Positions 1 through 10,755 of a stretch of 64,000 bases of DNA are shown piece by piece. Each line of letters starts with the position of its first letter. The first letter of the stretch is position 1. The notes under the pieces are model-generated. The model was not told the origin of the DNA. It made no database searches and was given only the letters and a program-made list of their open reading frames with translations. The DNA is from Isurus oxyrinchus (lineage: Eukaryota): contig JANJGN010000029.1 of the NCBI GenBank assembly GCA_026770705.1, forward strand, positions 9,920,001 to 9,984,000. The letters run 5' to 3'. Both the position numbers and the translations under genes were made by a program.

Positions 1-777
1 GTTTATGTGGAAGTGCCTATCATTCGTTCTGTGTCTCGTTTGAGTGCTGACTGATTGGGGATTTGCCACGTGAGAATCACAAGACTTTTTTTTATTCATT
101 CATGGGATGTGGTGTCTGCTAGCAAGGCTAGCCTTTATTGCTGATGTAAGTGCAAATCCACATTTCAGTTCAATTGCCGGAGTCGCATATATGCTGTTGT
201 CAGAATCGCATTTGAAAACATTTTTGCTTCAGCAGTTCCCACTCAAACAACTGTGGTATGTTATATAACATAACTGCTTGTTGCAAAGTTCTGAATTGTA
301 CAACTTCGGATCTGTATAATGCTACCAGGCGCAGGAAGTGCAAGTGAGAGCTGTAAGGCTAAAGAACTGGTCAAGGACAGTAACACTGAGTGAATGTTCC
401 TGCAAACCCTGAATTAAATCATTTTATTCCCTCCCATAGGCCATACAGCCTCTCATTATAAAAGCATGTTAATTGGTTTCTGTGCATAATTGTCAGGCCT
501 TTTGACATTAGGGTTTCAATTATGCCCCAGAAGAAATCCAAAATCAGAGTTGAAGCCAACAAGATCCTAATGCACAAACAACTTCAATAATAAGATAAGT
601 ACACATATGCTGACCCTCTAAGCTGCAAGTCAATAGTGAGACTCCTGGCTCCAGCACCCCTTTTTACTTAGCAAAAGAGTTGATGCCCGCTCATTGATTC
701 AATTCAAAGCTGGCTCTTGCATTCACTACACTGATACTTGAATTACTGTGCTTTTTCTATTAAACCCAAGTTTTTTG

Positions 778-1160
778 ATTATTTATTTATTCGTTCATGG
801 GATGTGGCTATTGCTGGCTAGGCCAGCATTTATTGCCCATCCCTCATTGCCCTGCCACACCATTTCAGAGGGCAATTAAGAGTCAACCATATTGCTGTGG
901 GTCTGGAGTCACGTGTAGGCCGGACCAGGTAAGGACAGCAGATTTCCTTCCCTAAAGGACGTTAGTGAACCAGATGGTTTTTACAACAATTGACAATGGT
1001 TTCATGGTCACCATTACTAAGACTAGCTTTCAATTCCAGATTATTAATTGAATTTAAATTCCACCAGCTGCCATGATAGGATTTGAACCCTTGTCCTACA
1101 GAACATTAGTCTGGGTCTCTGGATTACCATCCAGTGACATTACCACTCCCCCACCATCTC
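778..1160 (-). mobile_element. tRNA-derived SINE with a tail matching LINE family A
   Basis: Minus-strand head ggagatggtgggggagtggtaatgtcactgg..gggttcaaatcc (A/B boxes). The tail gggatgggcaataaatgctggcctagccagc..catcccatgaacgaataaa is the same type as the LINE-A 3' ends. Confidence 0.7.
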
Positions 1161-2098
1161 CCCCCCTGTCCTCGAGAAGGTGGTGGTGAGCTGCCTTCTT
1201 GAACCGCTGCAGTCCATGTGGTGTAGGTACACTTGCGGTGCTGGTAGGAAGGAAGTTCCAGGATTTTGACTCAGCGACAGTGATGAAATGAGAATATGGA
1301 CAGCACGTTCCAAACCCACGACCACTACCGTCGAGAGGGACAAGGGCAGCAGTTACATGGAAACAGCATCACCTGCAAGTTCCCATCCTAGGCATACACC
1401 ATCCTGACTTGGAATGTTCCTTCAATGTCACTGGGTCAAAATCCTGGAACTCCCTCCCTAGCAACACTGTGGGTGTACCAACACCACATAGATTGCAGCA
1501 GTTTAAGAAGGAGGCTCATCATCACCTTCTCAAGGGTAGTTCAGGATGGGCAATAAATGCTAGCATAGCCAGCGATGCCTACATCCCACGAATGAATAAT
1601 TTTTTTAAAAGTTCCAAGTCAGGATAGTATGTTGCTCGGAGGGGAGCTTGCATTGCAGGCTGTGGTGTTCCCATGCTTCTACTGCTCTTGTCCTTCTAGG
1701 TGGTAGAGGTTGCAAATTTGGAAGATGCTGTAGAAAGAGCCTTGGTGAGACGCTGCGGTGCATTTTGTGCATGGTACACACTGCCGCTGCTGTGTGTCGG
1801 TGATGGAGGGAGTGAATGTTGAAGTGGTGGATGGGGTGCCAATCAAGTGGACTGCTTTATTCTGGATGGTGTCAAGTTTTTTCAGTGGTGTTGGAGCTGC
1901 ACTCATCCAGGCAAGTAGAGAGTATTCCATCACACTCCTGACTTGTGCCTTGTAGATAGTGGGCAGACTTTGGGGAGTCAGGCGGTGAGTTATTTGCCAC
2001 AGAAGTTCCAGCTTCTGACCTGAATTTGTAGCCACAGTATTTATATGGCTGGTCCAGTTCAGTTTCTGGTCAGTGGTAACCCCCCAGGATGTTGGTAG
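1161..2098 (-). mobile_element. LINE family A (CR1-superfamily) 3' fragment, interrupted by a plus-strand copy at about 1298-1610
   Basis: ORF 1679-2035: TIYKAQVRSVMEYSLLAWMSAAPTPLKKLDTIQNKAVHLIG (RT C-terminus). The 3' UTR continues on both sides of the nested copy. Confidence 0.8.
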
Positions 2099-2180
2099 TT
2101 AGCACATATTTCCAAATTGGCTGATTTTGCAAAAGAGCAAACCCTAAAATCAGCAAGCTTAACTGCCTTTCTGTCAGAAG

Positions 2181-2311
2181 GTTCCAATGAAAGATCACAA
2201 TCTGAAACATTAACTCTGACTCTCCCTCCACAGATGCTGCCAGACCTGCTGAGTATTTCCAGCAATATTTTTCTTATTTCAGATATCCATCATCCGCAGT
2301 ATTTTGCTTTT
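2181..2311 (+). repeat. Solo Penelope terminal repeat with degenerate hammerhead motif
   Basis: ccaatga-a-AGAT-caca-ATCT-GAAA-cattaact..ccacagatgctgccagacctgctgagtatttccagc..gcagtattttgctttt. Confidence 0.7.
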
Positions 2312-3877
2312 GGAGAAGCACGTGATGGAGAAAGGTTACGATGTAGATTAGATGCGAAAAGATGGGAGGAGGCTCAAGTAGAGCCTAACTACTGGCATGG
2401 ACTGATTTGGGTGGAAAGGCCTGTTTCTTCCCTGTATATCCTATGTAATCTCGTATTTCCTTTCAATAGATATTATGAATTTTGCATTTATCTATATTAT
2501 TCCGGTATAACTGTATAAGAAAGAAAAGGTATATCCATTTTGGAAGCTGAAAGGTTTTCACATATTCCTAGCGACGTTAGCTACTGCTTTGCAACAACTC
2601 AACTCTATAACTCTCTTGTTCTTTCAGTTGATCCTTTATATCTATACACTCCTCATTTTTACAGCACTTTTTTACAGTTTTGTTACTGTTTCTATCATTG
2701 TTTCTGTGGGCTCTCATAATATCATAAAAATATATTCAGCTGATAAATTGGACATTAGATTAAATATTGCAGTTTCCAAAGCTGTACAGAGCCTACCTAA
2801 TAAAATAAGTAATGTCGCAGGGCATTTGTCTGATAGAGCGACACAGCTTATGAATAGATAAATGATAATTGATAAATGTATATGGAAACCAAAGTTGAGT
2901 TATTCATTGCATTCCTTTTATTCAGACTGTCTAGTCAGATACTGGGTGTAAGAGAGATGCATAACCAAAAAAGTTAAAGAAGCTGTTAATTGTACAACCA
3001 CAGAGATAGTTTTACATCAGATTTAAAACATAGCAGTTCTGTGTGCTCCTGCAATGATTTGTGCTTCCCACTGTGTAAATATAATATTTGACAAAGATTC
3101 AAACTAAGGAGGTGTTTTATCTCTTAGCTGAGTATGATGGACTGATTAAATGAAAAGATCTTTTCTTGGTGTGCCTGGGGCTATGCAGAAACAATATCGC
3201 TGCTTAGAAAAGACAATATCTGTTGGTTTTGGTCATTGTATAATGAGACAACCAGTTAGGAACATGCTAGGAGTGTACTCAAGAGCTTGTAGTCAGATAA
3301 GCCTCACGAATATTAGTTTTATTCTTTAATTTTTCATTCTGATGAATGGTACGGGTAGTCCACTGTGGCAGGAAGCAAAGCCTTGGGCGATTCCTCATGT
3401 AGGAGCATTTCTTTCAAATTTCTCAATGACCTGTCAAAGACTCTTAACTTGATGCATATCTCGTATGCGGATGCTCTTAATTTGGCATATAGTCCTATTA
3501 CGTATTGTGGCATGTTCTAGTTGGCTGAGACTTAAGGCCATGCGAATGCAGAGCAAGCAGATTTTCACAGATTTTGTTACAAGTAAACTTCCTTTAGTTT
3601 TTTCTGTATTTTTGAAATTTTGTAATGTATGTGGCTCTCATCTTGGAGAAATATACACTTTGTGTATTCTCCTTCTCCTTTTTTAATCCATTTTTAAACA
3701 AAGCTGTATATTGAAAATGTACATTTTTATCATGTCATGAAATCTAGCAAAAGCGTGCTCTAAATGAAGGAAAAAAGATAAAAGAGAAAAGGTTAGTAGT
3801 TAAAAGATTCAAAAGATTTATGACTGCCTGTTATAGACTTCTGCTAGAATTAGCATGGATTTTTATGCATTAATATG

Positions 3878-4320
3878 CTTGATTGGCACCCCATCCACTA
3901 CCTTAGACATCCACTACCTTAGACATTTACTCCGTCCACCACCAATGCACAATAGCAGAGCAGTGTGTACCATCTACAAGATGCACTGCAGCAACTCACT
4001 AAGGCTCCTTCAGCAGCACCTTCCAAACTCATGACCTCTACCACTTAAAAGGACAAAGGCAGCAGAAACATGGGAACACCACCACTTCCCCTCCAAGCTG
4101 CACATCATCCTAACTTGCAACTATATTGCCGTTCCTTCACTGTCGCTGGATCAAAATTCTGGAATTTCCTTCTTAACAGCACTGTGGAAGTACCTGCACC
4201 GTGGACAGCAGCAGTTCAAGAAGGTGGCTAACCAGCATCTTCTCATGGGCAATTTAGGGTTGGGCAACAAATGTTCATTTAGCCAGTGATGTCCACATTC
4301 CATGAAAGAATAAAAAAAAA
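3878..4320 (+). mobile_element. LINE family A 3' fragment
   Basis: catctacaagatgcactgcagcaactcac.., ending ccacattccatgaaagaataaaaaaaaa. Contains a 16-bp tandem duplication at 3892-3926. Confidence 0.8.
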
Positions 4321-4457
4321 TTCCCTTCAGGAAACACACACAGCAGATGATTACACCAGTTTGGGGGAGGTAAGGGGAAGGAACTTTGCACAAATAAGTA
4401 GGAAGCAAATGGTTTATCAGCAAATTATATTTGATTAAACTAATTCTGCATCCAAAT

Positions 4458-6005
4458 TAGAGTCATAGAGGTCTACAGCATAGAAAAAGCACCCCCCCAA
4501 TCGATTCTCTGGCTGTCAAGCAAGTACCTAACTATTGTAATCCCATTTTCCAGCAATAGGCCCATAGCCTTGTATGCAATGGCATCGCAAGTGCACATCC
4601 AAATACTTCTTAAATGTTATGAGGGCTTCTGCTCCTACCACCCTTTCAGGCAGTGAGTTCCAGATTCCCACCACCCTCTGGATGAAAAAATTCTTTCTCA
4701 CGTCCCCTCTAAACCTCCTGCCCCTTACCTTAAACCTTTGCCCCTTTGTTTATTGATCCCTCCACCAAAGGGAAAAATTCCTTCCTGTCTACCCTATCTG
4801 TGCCCCTCAATTTTGTACACCTCAATCATGTCCCTCATCAATCTCCTCTGCTGCAAGGAAAATAACCCCAGTCTATCCAATCTTTCCTCATAACTAAAAC
4901 TCTTCAGCCCTTTGCACTATCTCTAGTGTAATCACATCCTTCCTATAATGCGGATTCCAGAACTGCACGCAGTACTCTAGCTGTGGCCTAACCAGCATTT
5001 TATACAGTTCCAGCATAACCTCCCTGCTTTTATATTCTATGCCTGGGTTAATAAAGGCAAGTATCCCATACGCCTTCTTAACCACCTTATTTACCTGTCC
5101 CGCTACCTTAAGAGACCGGTGGACATGCATACCAAGGTCTCTCTGATCCTCGGTGCTTCCCAGGGCCCTACCATTCACCGTGGATTCCCGTGCCTTGTTT
5201 GTCCTGCCCAAGTGCATCACCTCACACATCCACATTAAATTCCATTTGCCACTGATCAGCCCATCTGACCAGCCCGTCCATATCCTCCTGTGATCTAAGG
5301 CTATCCTCCTCACTATTTACCATCCCACCAATTTTCGTGTCATTCGCGAACTTATGATCAACCCCCCTACATTTAAGTCTAAATTGTTTATGTATACCAC
5401 AAACAGCAAGGGTCCCAACACCGATCCCTGTGGAACCCCACTGGACATGGGCATCCAGTCACAAAAATGGTCAACCCTCGACCATCACCCTCTGTTTCCT
5501 GCCACTCAGCCAATTCTGCATCCAATTTGCCAAATTGCCTTGGATCCCATGGGCTCTTACCTTCGTTATCAGTCTCCCATGTGGGACCTTATCAAAAGCC
5601 TTACTGGAGTCCAAGTAGACCACGTCAAATGCATTGCACTCATCTACACACCTGGTCACCTCTTCGAAAAATTCAATCAAATTGGTCAGACATGACCTCC
5701 CCTTAACAAAATCATGTGCTGACTGTCCTTGATTAATGCCTGCCTCTCCAAGTGTAGATTAATTCTGTTCCTCAGAATGGTTCCAATAGTTTCCCCACCA
5801 CTGAGGTTATACTGACTGGTCTGTAGTTCCCTGGTTTATCCCTTCCTCCCTTCTTGAATAACGGTACCACATTGGCTGTCCTCTGGCAGCTCTCCTGTGG
5901 CCAGAGAGATATTGAAAATTGTTGCCAGCGCCCCTGCTATCTCCTTCCTTGCCTCACTCAAACGCCTGGGATAAATTTCATCTGGGCCTGGAGATTTATC
6001 TACTT
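4458..6005 (-). mobile_element. Canonical CR1 LINE (family B): RT region and 3' end
   Basis: FDVVYLDSSKAFDKVPHGRL..WMQNWLSGRKQRVMVEG and MLELYKMLVRPQLEYCVQFWNPHYRKDV. Confidence 0.9.
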
Positions 6006-6054
6006 ACAAATTTAATGCATTTTATTTATTTTCACTCTTTTGTGCTGAATAAAA

Positions 6055-6310
6055 ACATAGAATCAGGAGGAGGCCATTCAGTCCCTTGAACCAGTTGTGC
6101 CATTCAATAGGATTGTTGCTGATTTATATCCTAGCTCCGTTTACTCACTTTGGCTCCATATCCCTTAATATCCTTGGCTAGCAAAACTATCAATCCCAGA
6201 TTTTAAATTATTAATTGAGCAAGCGTCTCCTGTTTTTAATGTGAGAGAGTTCCATACTTCTGCCATCCTTTGTGTGAAGAAATGTTTCCCAACTTCTCTC
6301 CTTAATGGAT
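6055..6310 (-). mobile_element. CR1 3' end fragment
   Basis: catagaatcaggaggaggccattcagtcccttgaacc..ctttgtgtgaagaaatgtttcc. Confidence 0.65.
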
Positions 6311-6380
6311 TTGTGATACTGAAACTGAGAAATAGAACATTTTGCCAATTTGGACATCCAGTGTCAATGTCAACATTAGC

Positions 6381-6480
6381 CGTTCTGATGAAGAGTCATA
6401 CGGACTCAAAATGTTAACTCTGTCTTCCTTTCCACAGATGCTGTCAGACCTGAGTTTTCCAGCAATTTTTGTTTTAGTTC
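6381..6480 (+). repeat. Solo Penelope terminal repeat with hammerhead motif
   Basis: gtt-CTGATGA-a-GAGTC-atacg-GACTC-aaaa-tgttaac, followed by the shared ccacagatgctgtcagacctgag tail. Confidence 0.7.
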
Positions 6481-6944
6481 AACAGTAGCTGCACCCAGGT
6501 GATGTGTAGCACAATGAGGTGTATTATGGAGCCCTTTTCTCTGTCTTAATAATGTGACATATCCTTCAGAAAAAAGCACCCTGCTGCAAAAGTTGCATTT
6601 CCATTTCCCATATTTTGTGGGGTTTTTAGAATGAGTCCCAATTAATATCAAACCATGATCAACTAGGAATTGGGTCAAGATTGTCCCAAAGCTAGTTACT
6701 TGAGAACCTTACAGATATCAGAGAGGAGATTTTCATTATAGTGGCTGCATTTGGGCAAGAACAATGTTAATGTTTGACACCGATTTTATGTTTGCATTTT
6801 ATGGTTTTCTTTGAAGGTCAAAGTCCTGGAGCAAAATGGTAAACAGCAACTTCCAGTGGCAAGTAAGATGGATAAACATTTGAAGTAAAAGAAAATACAG
6901 GGTGATGGGGAGAGAGCAGGGCAGAGGGATTATTTTTGGATTGA

Positions 6945-7525
6945 CATAAAAACAGAAAATGTTGGAAATACTCAGCAGAAGTATTTGTCTAAAGGCAGAG
7001 TGTTGGCTTTCACTTGTTGGTGTCATACTTTGTTTTACTATGTTCCTGTGAAGTGCCTTGGGATATTTCGTCATGTTAAAGTGCTATATAAATATAAGTT
7101 GTTGCAGCATGTCTCTCCTATATATGCTTTTGTTTCTTTACTTATTCCATTATCATCCCCTTTTCCTTTGCGTAATCATCTGGCCTGTCATAACATAAAT
7201 GCAGTCACAACGAGGAGAAGACATGGAAATTTGGGCACTGTGGGAAGGGATTCTGTTATCCAGTTGAGCTGGAAGCTCATCTCTCCAGTCTTCCATCCTA
7301 CCATGGACTTTCCATTTTTGTTTGAACATCCCCTCCCCTGTTTCCTTGCCTCTGTACTTGCTTTAGACCTATAACATCTCTATCTTTTTCCAATTGTAAT
7401 GGAAGGTCATCAACCTGAAAAGTTAACTCTGTTTTTCTCTCCAAAGATGCTTCCTGACCTACTGAGTGTTTCTAGCATTTCCTGTTTCTTTTCAGATACA
7501 CAGTACCCGCAGTATTTTGGTTCTT
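6945..7525. repeat. Penelope terminal-repeat relics (short minus piece, longer plus piece) with an intervening L2-like 3' tail at about 7015-7105
   Basis: aaaacagaaaatgttggaaatactcagcag (minus copy). aaggtcatcaacctgaaaagttaactct..gcagtattttgg (plus copy). The L2-type tail is gtgccttgggatatttcgtcatgttaaagtgctatataaatataagttgttg. Confidence 0.55.
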
Positions 7526-7689
7526 TACTCAAGCAATGCAAAACTAATTAAGAGTTGGTAGTCTTGTTAGGCTGAATGACCAACTTTTGCTCTCAGGCAC
7601 TTTTTCCTTCCCTCTGCCTTATTATCTCTTTTCTTTCTCTCTATGTGTAACTTTTATTTGATTAAGTGCATTTTTAACAATTTTTTTCA

Positions 7690-7960
7690 TTCTACAAGAT
7701 GTACTGCAGCAACTTGCCAAAGCCCCTTGAACAGCATCTTCCAAACCTGCGACCTTTACCACCTAGAAGGACAAGGGTAGTAGACACATGGGAACATCAC
7801 CACCTCTCATGTTTCTCTCAATGTTGCACACTATCATGACTTGCAAATGTATCATTGTTGCTTTACTATCGATGAGTCAAAATCCTGGAACTCCCTCCCT
7901 AACAGCACTGTGGGTGTACCTAGAGCATATGAACTGCACAGGTTGTTGTCAAGGGTAGTC
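7690..7960 (+). mobile_element. LINE family A 3' fragment
   Basis: tctacaagatgtactgcagcaacttgccaa..aaaatcctggaactccctccctaacagcactgtgggtgtacc. Confidence 0.75.
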
Positions 7961-8490
7961 ACTCTCATCTCACTTTAGCTGTCTTCCTTTTTCCTATTTT
8001 TTCTGCATCCTTTCTCTCTTCTGCCCCCTCCTTTACTTGTTCTTTTGCAATTTGAATTTTATTTTCTATTTTGAAGCGTTCTCTGTTTTCATACCTTTTT
8101 AGGCTTAGGTGTGCGTTATTATTGGGCAGAAGCTGGCAGCTGCAAACAGGAAAAGGAATGGAACACAGATCTGTGCCACAGATAGAACTGGTTGAGGTTG
8201 AGGATCTAGCACTGTAGTTCCTCTGATGGCAGCCAAAGGTTAGAGGCAAGGACTGGGCCTGCAAGTTCTATCTTCCAGGCAGAGTGGAGGAATCAAGGAT
8301 TGGTTGGAGACTTGGAAACTGCATGCTTGGTGGTGGGGCTTTCATGATGCATTCTTGTGTGGTGATTGCAGCTTTTGGTGGGAGGAGGTTTGATGATGTG
8401 CGGTGATTGCACCAGGGGAAGAGAGTGGATGTTGAAGAGGTAGTGATGTGAGATACAGTGCTCCTCACTTTGGAGATGCAAATCTTGGGG

Positions 8491-8621
8491 NNNNNNNNNN
8501 NNNNNNNNNNNNNNNNNNNNNNNNNNNNNNNNNNNNNNNNNNNNNNNNNNNNNNNNNNNNNNNNNNNNNNNNNNNNNNNNNNNNNNNNNNNNNNNNNNNN
8601 NNNNNNNNNNNNNNNNNNNNN
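8491..8621. other. Assembly gap (131 N)
   Basis: Run of N. Confidence 1.
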
Positions 8622-9244
8622 AAATATGACACTCAGGCATGACACCTAGATGTGATGGTAATAATACAACATGAGCTTTCTATAATCCCAGTGTGCTATA
8701 TGTAAAATTTCTAATATTATTGATTATATAAAAAAGCCTTCTAAAATTGTTACTTATATCTCAAAGGTTATTTATGTGGTTCAGGGAAGAGTGAAATGTA
8801 TTTCCAGATAAGCCGCAACCTTTAATATATGGTATTTTAATGAGTTCTGTCTTGTGAGATTAACTCACATATAATATATTTGAAGAAAATGCATGCTACT
8901 TTATCACTTAATGTGAAAAATAATGTTAATATAACCAGTAAAATAACAACATTTTACTCCCCTATGCTGAGTTTAACACCATTTGCGGAATCAAAACAAA
9001 ATCAAAATAAGATTTGCAGGGAAGAAAGAGTGACGATTCAGTCAGTGCCAAATGTAGTTTGCATAAACTAAAATGTAGCATTGAGATTTTTTTGAAAATT
9101 ATTGTTATTTCTAGGTTTACAGGGAGCTTTTTCTGGTGACCTATATCTATAATACTGTCAATTTGTGATTTAATTTATTTTATGCACTTAAATAATTTTA
9201 GTACACTTTAATGGTTCTAGTAGTGCCACTTAATATCGCAAAAA

Positions 9245-9690
9245 CTGAAGGATAAGAGTCTTAAGTTATGTGGAGAAACTAGAGAAGCTGATATTGTTCT
9301 CCTTAGAACAGATTTTTAAGGGGAAATCTGACAGGTGTTCAAAATTGAGGGATTTTGTTGGAGTAGATGGGAAGAAACTTTTTATTGATCGGAGAGTCAA
9401 TAATTGGAGGATTCAGATTTAAGATAATTGGCAAAAGAAGTGGGGAAATGAGAAATTATTTTACCATCAAGGTGTTATGATTTGGAATGCGCTATCTGAA
9501 GGACGGTGGAAGCAGATTAAATAGTACCTTTCAGTAGAGAATGGGATATATACTTTAAAAGGAAAAATCTGCATGACTAAGGGGAAAGAGTGAGGAAGTG
9601 GACCTAATTGGATAACTCTACCAAAGAGCCAACACAAGCATGATGGGCCAAATGGTTTATCTCTGTGCTGTATCATTCTGTAATTCTATG
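9245..9690 (+). mobile_element. CR1 3' fragment
   Basis: agttatgtggagaaactagagaagctg..gatgggccaaatggtttatctctgtgctgtatcattctgtaattctatg. Confidence 0.7.
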
Positions 9691-10307
9691 AAAAAGAATT
9701 AAGTTATGAGTAATGAATTGACAAACAGGCTAATGGTTATCCTCAATGGAGAGACTAGAAGAGTGCATGTGTACTTACTGTGTACATATCAGTATCCTTA
9801 TCTGACAAAATAATGCACGCACCAATTGTGAAAACTCGAAGTGAGTAACCTTGATTGTTTTTTTACGTCTTAATCTGTGTATTTAATTTGTACCTTAATG
9901 TTTTTAAGGCCTTAGTTACACAGCAAGATGATAGATAAAATGTGCTAGGCTAAGGGGGTATTTGACAGTGGCGGTGGATTGCGGGGTTAGTGGCACTGAA
10001 GAATATTCCTGGGCTTTGGTAGCACTGAGGGATGTTCAACTTAGATGTGGACTCCTGGGGGGCTGCTTGCTTTGATGGATGAGAGATCCATGGTCTGATA
10101 TCACTGGTTTGTAAGAGATGAATATGATTGGTTCCTGGAAAATAACTTATTTTCCATTGCTAAGTACCACAGTTACAGAAATAATTCTAAAGGTTTCTTG
10201 GAGTTTCTGGACAGTAGGTAAACATGTGCAGCTTTGATTTAAATTTATAGTCAGTTTTTTTTGTTTCTCTTGGAAAGTGGATGGGATGGTGGGATTTTCA
10301 ACCATAA

Positions 10308-10440
10308 TTCTCTGATGAAAGGTCATTAACTTGAAGTGTTAACTCTGTTTCTCTCCACAGATACTGCCTGACTTGCCGTGTATTTCCAGCATTTTTTGTT
10401 TTAATTTCAGATTTTCAGCATCCGTAATATTTTCCCTTTT
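10308..10440 (+). repeat. Solo Penelope terminal repeat with hammerhead motif
   Basis: CTGATGA at 10312-10318, aaggtcattaactt, GAAG, tgttaact, then the shared tail. Confidence 0.7.
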
Positions 10441-10518
10441 GTCCTCTTATGGATGGCCAGTCTTATAGCCAGTCATAAACATTTCCAGAAATTACCTTCA
10501 AAACATTATTTCCCTTAA

Positions 10519-10755
10519 ATAAAAGCAAAATACTGTGGATGCTGGAAATCTGAAATAAAAACAGAAATTGCTGGAAATACTCAGCAGGTCTGGCAGCATC
10601 TGTGGAGAGAGAGAAACAGAGCTAAAGTTTCGAGTCCGTGTGACTCTTCTGCTTTAAATAAGAGTCAGATTGGACATGAAACATTAATTCTGTTTCTCTC
10701 TCCACAGATGCTGCCAGACCTGCTGAGTTTTTCCAACATTTCTAGCTTTTATTTA
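10519..10755. repeat. Head-to-head inverted pair of Penelope terminal repeats (palindrome)
   Basis: A minus copy at 10519-10650 and a plus copy at 10660-10755 form arms of about 95 bp, e.g. ctcagcaggtctggcagcatctgtggagagag / ctctctccacagatgctgccagacctgctgag. Confidence 0.8.

Noticed and set aside
1040-1160. tRNA-like A/B boxes (also at about 37600-37657, 47500-47565 and 57330-57422)
   Set aside because: These are SINE heads without a complete cloverleaf, not tRNA genes.
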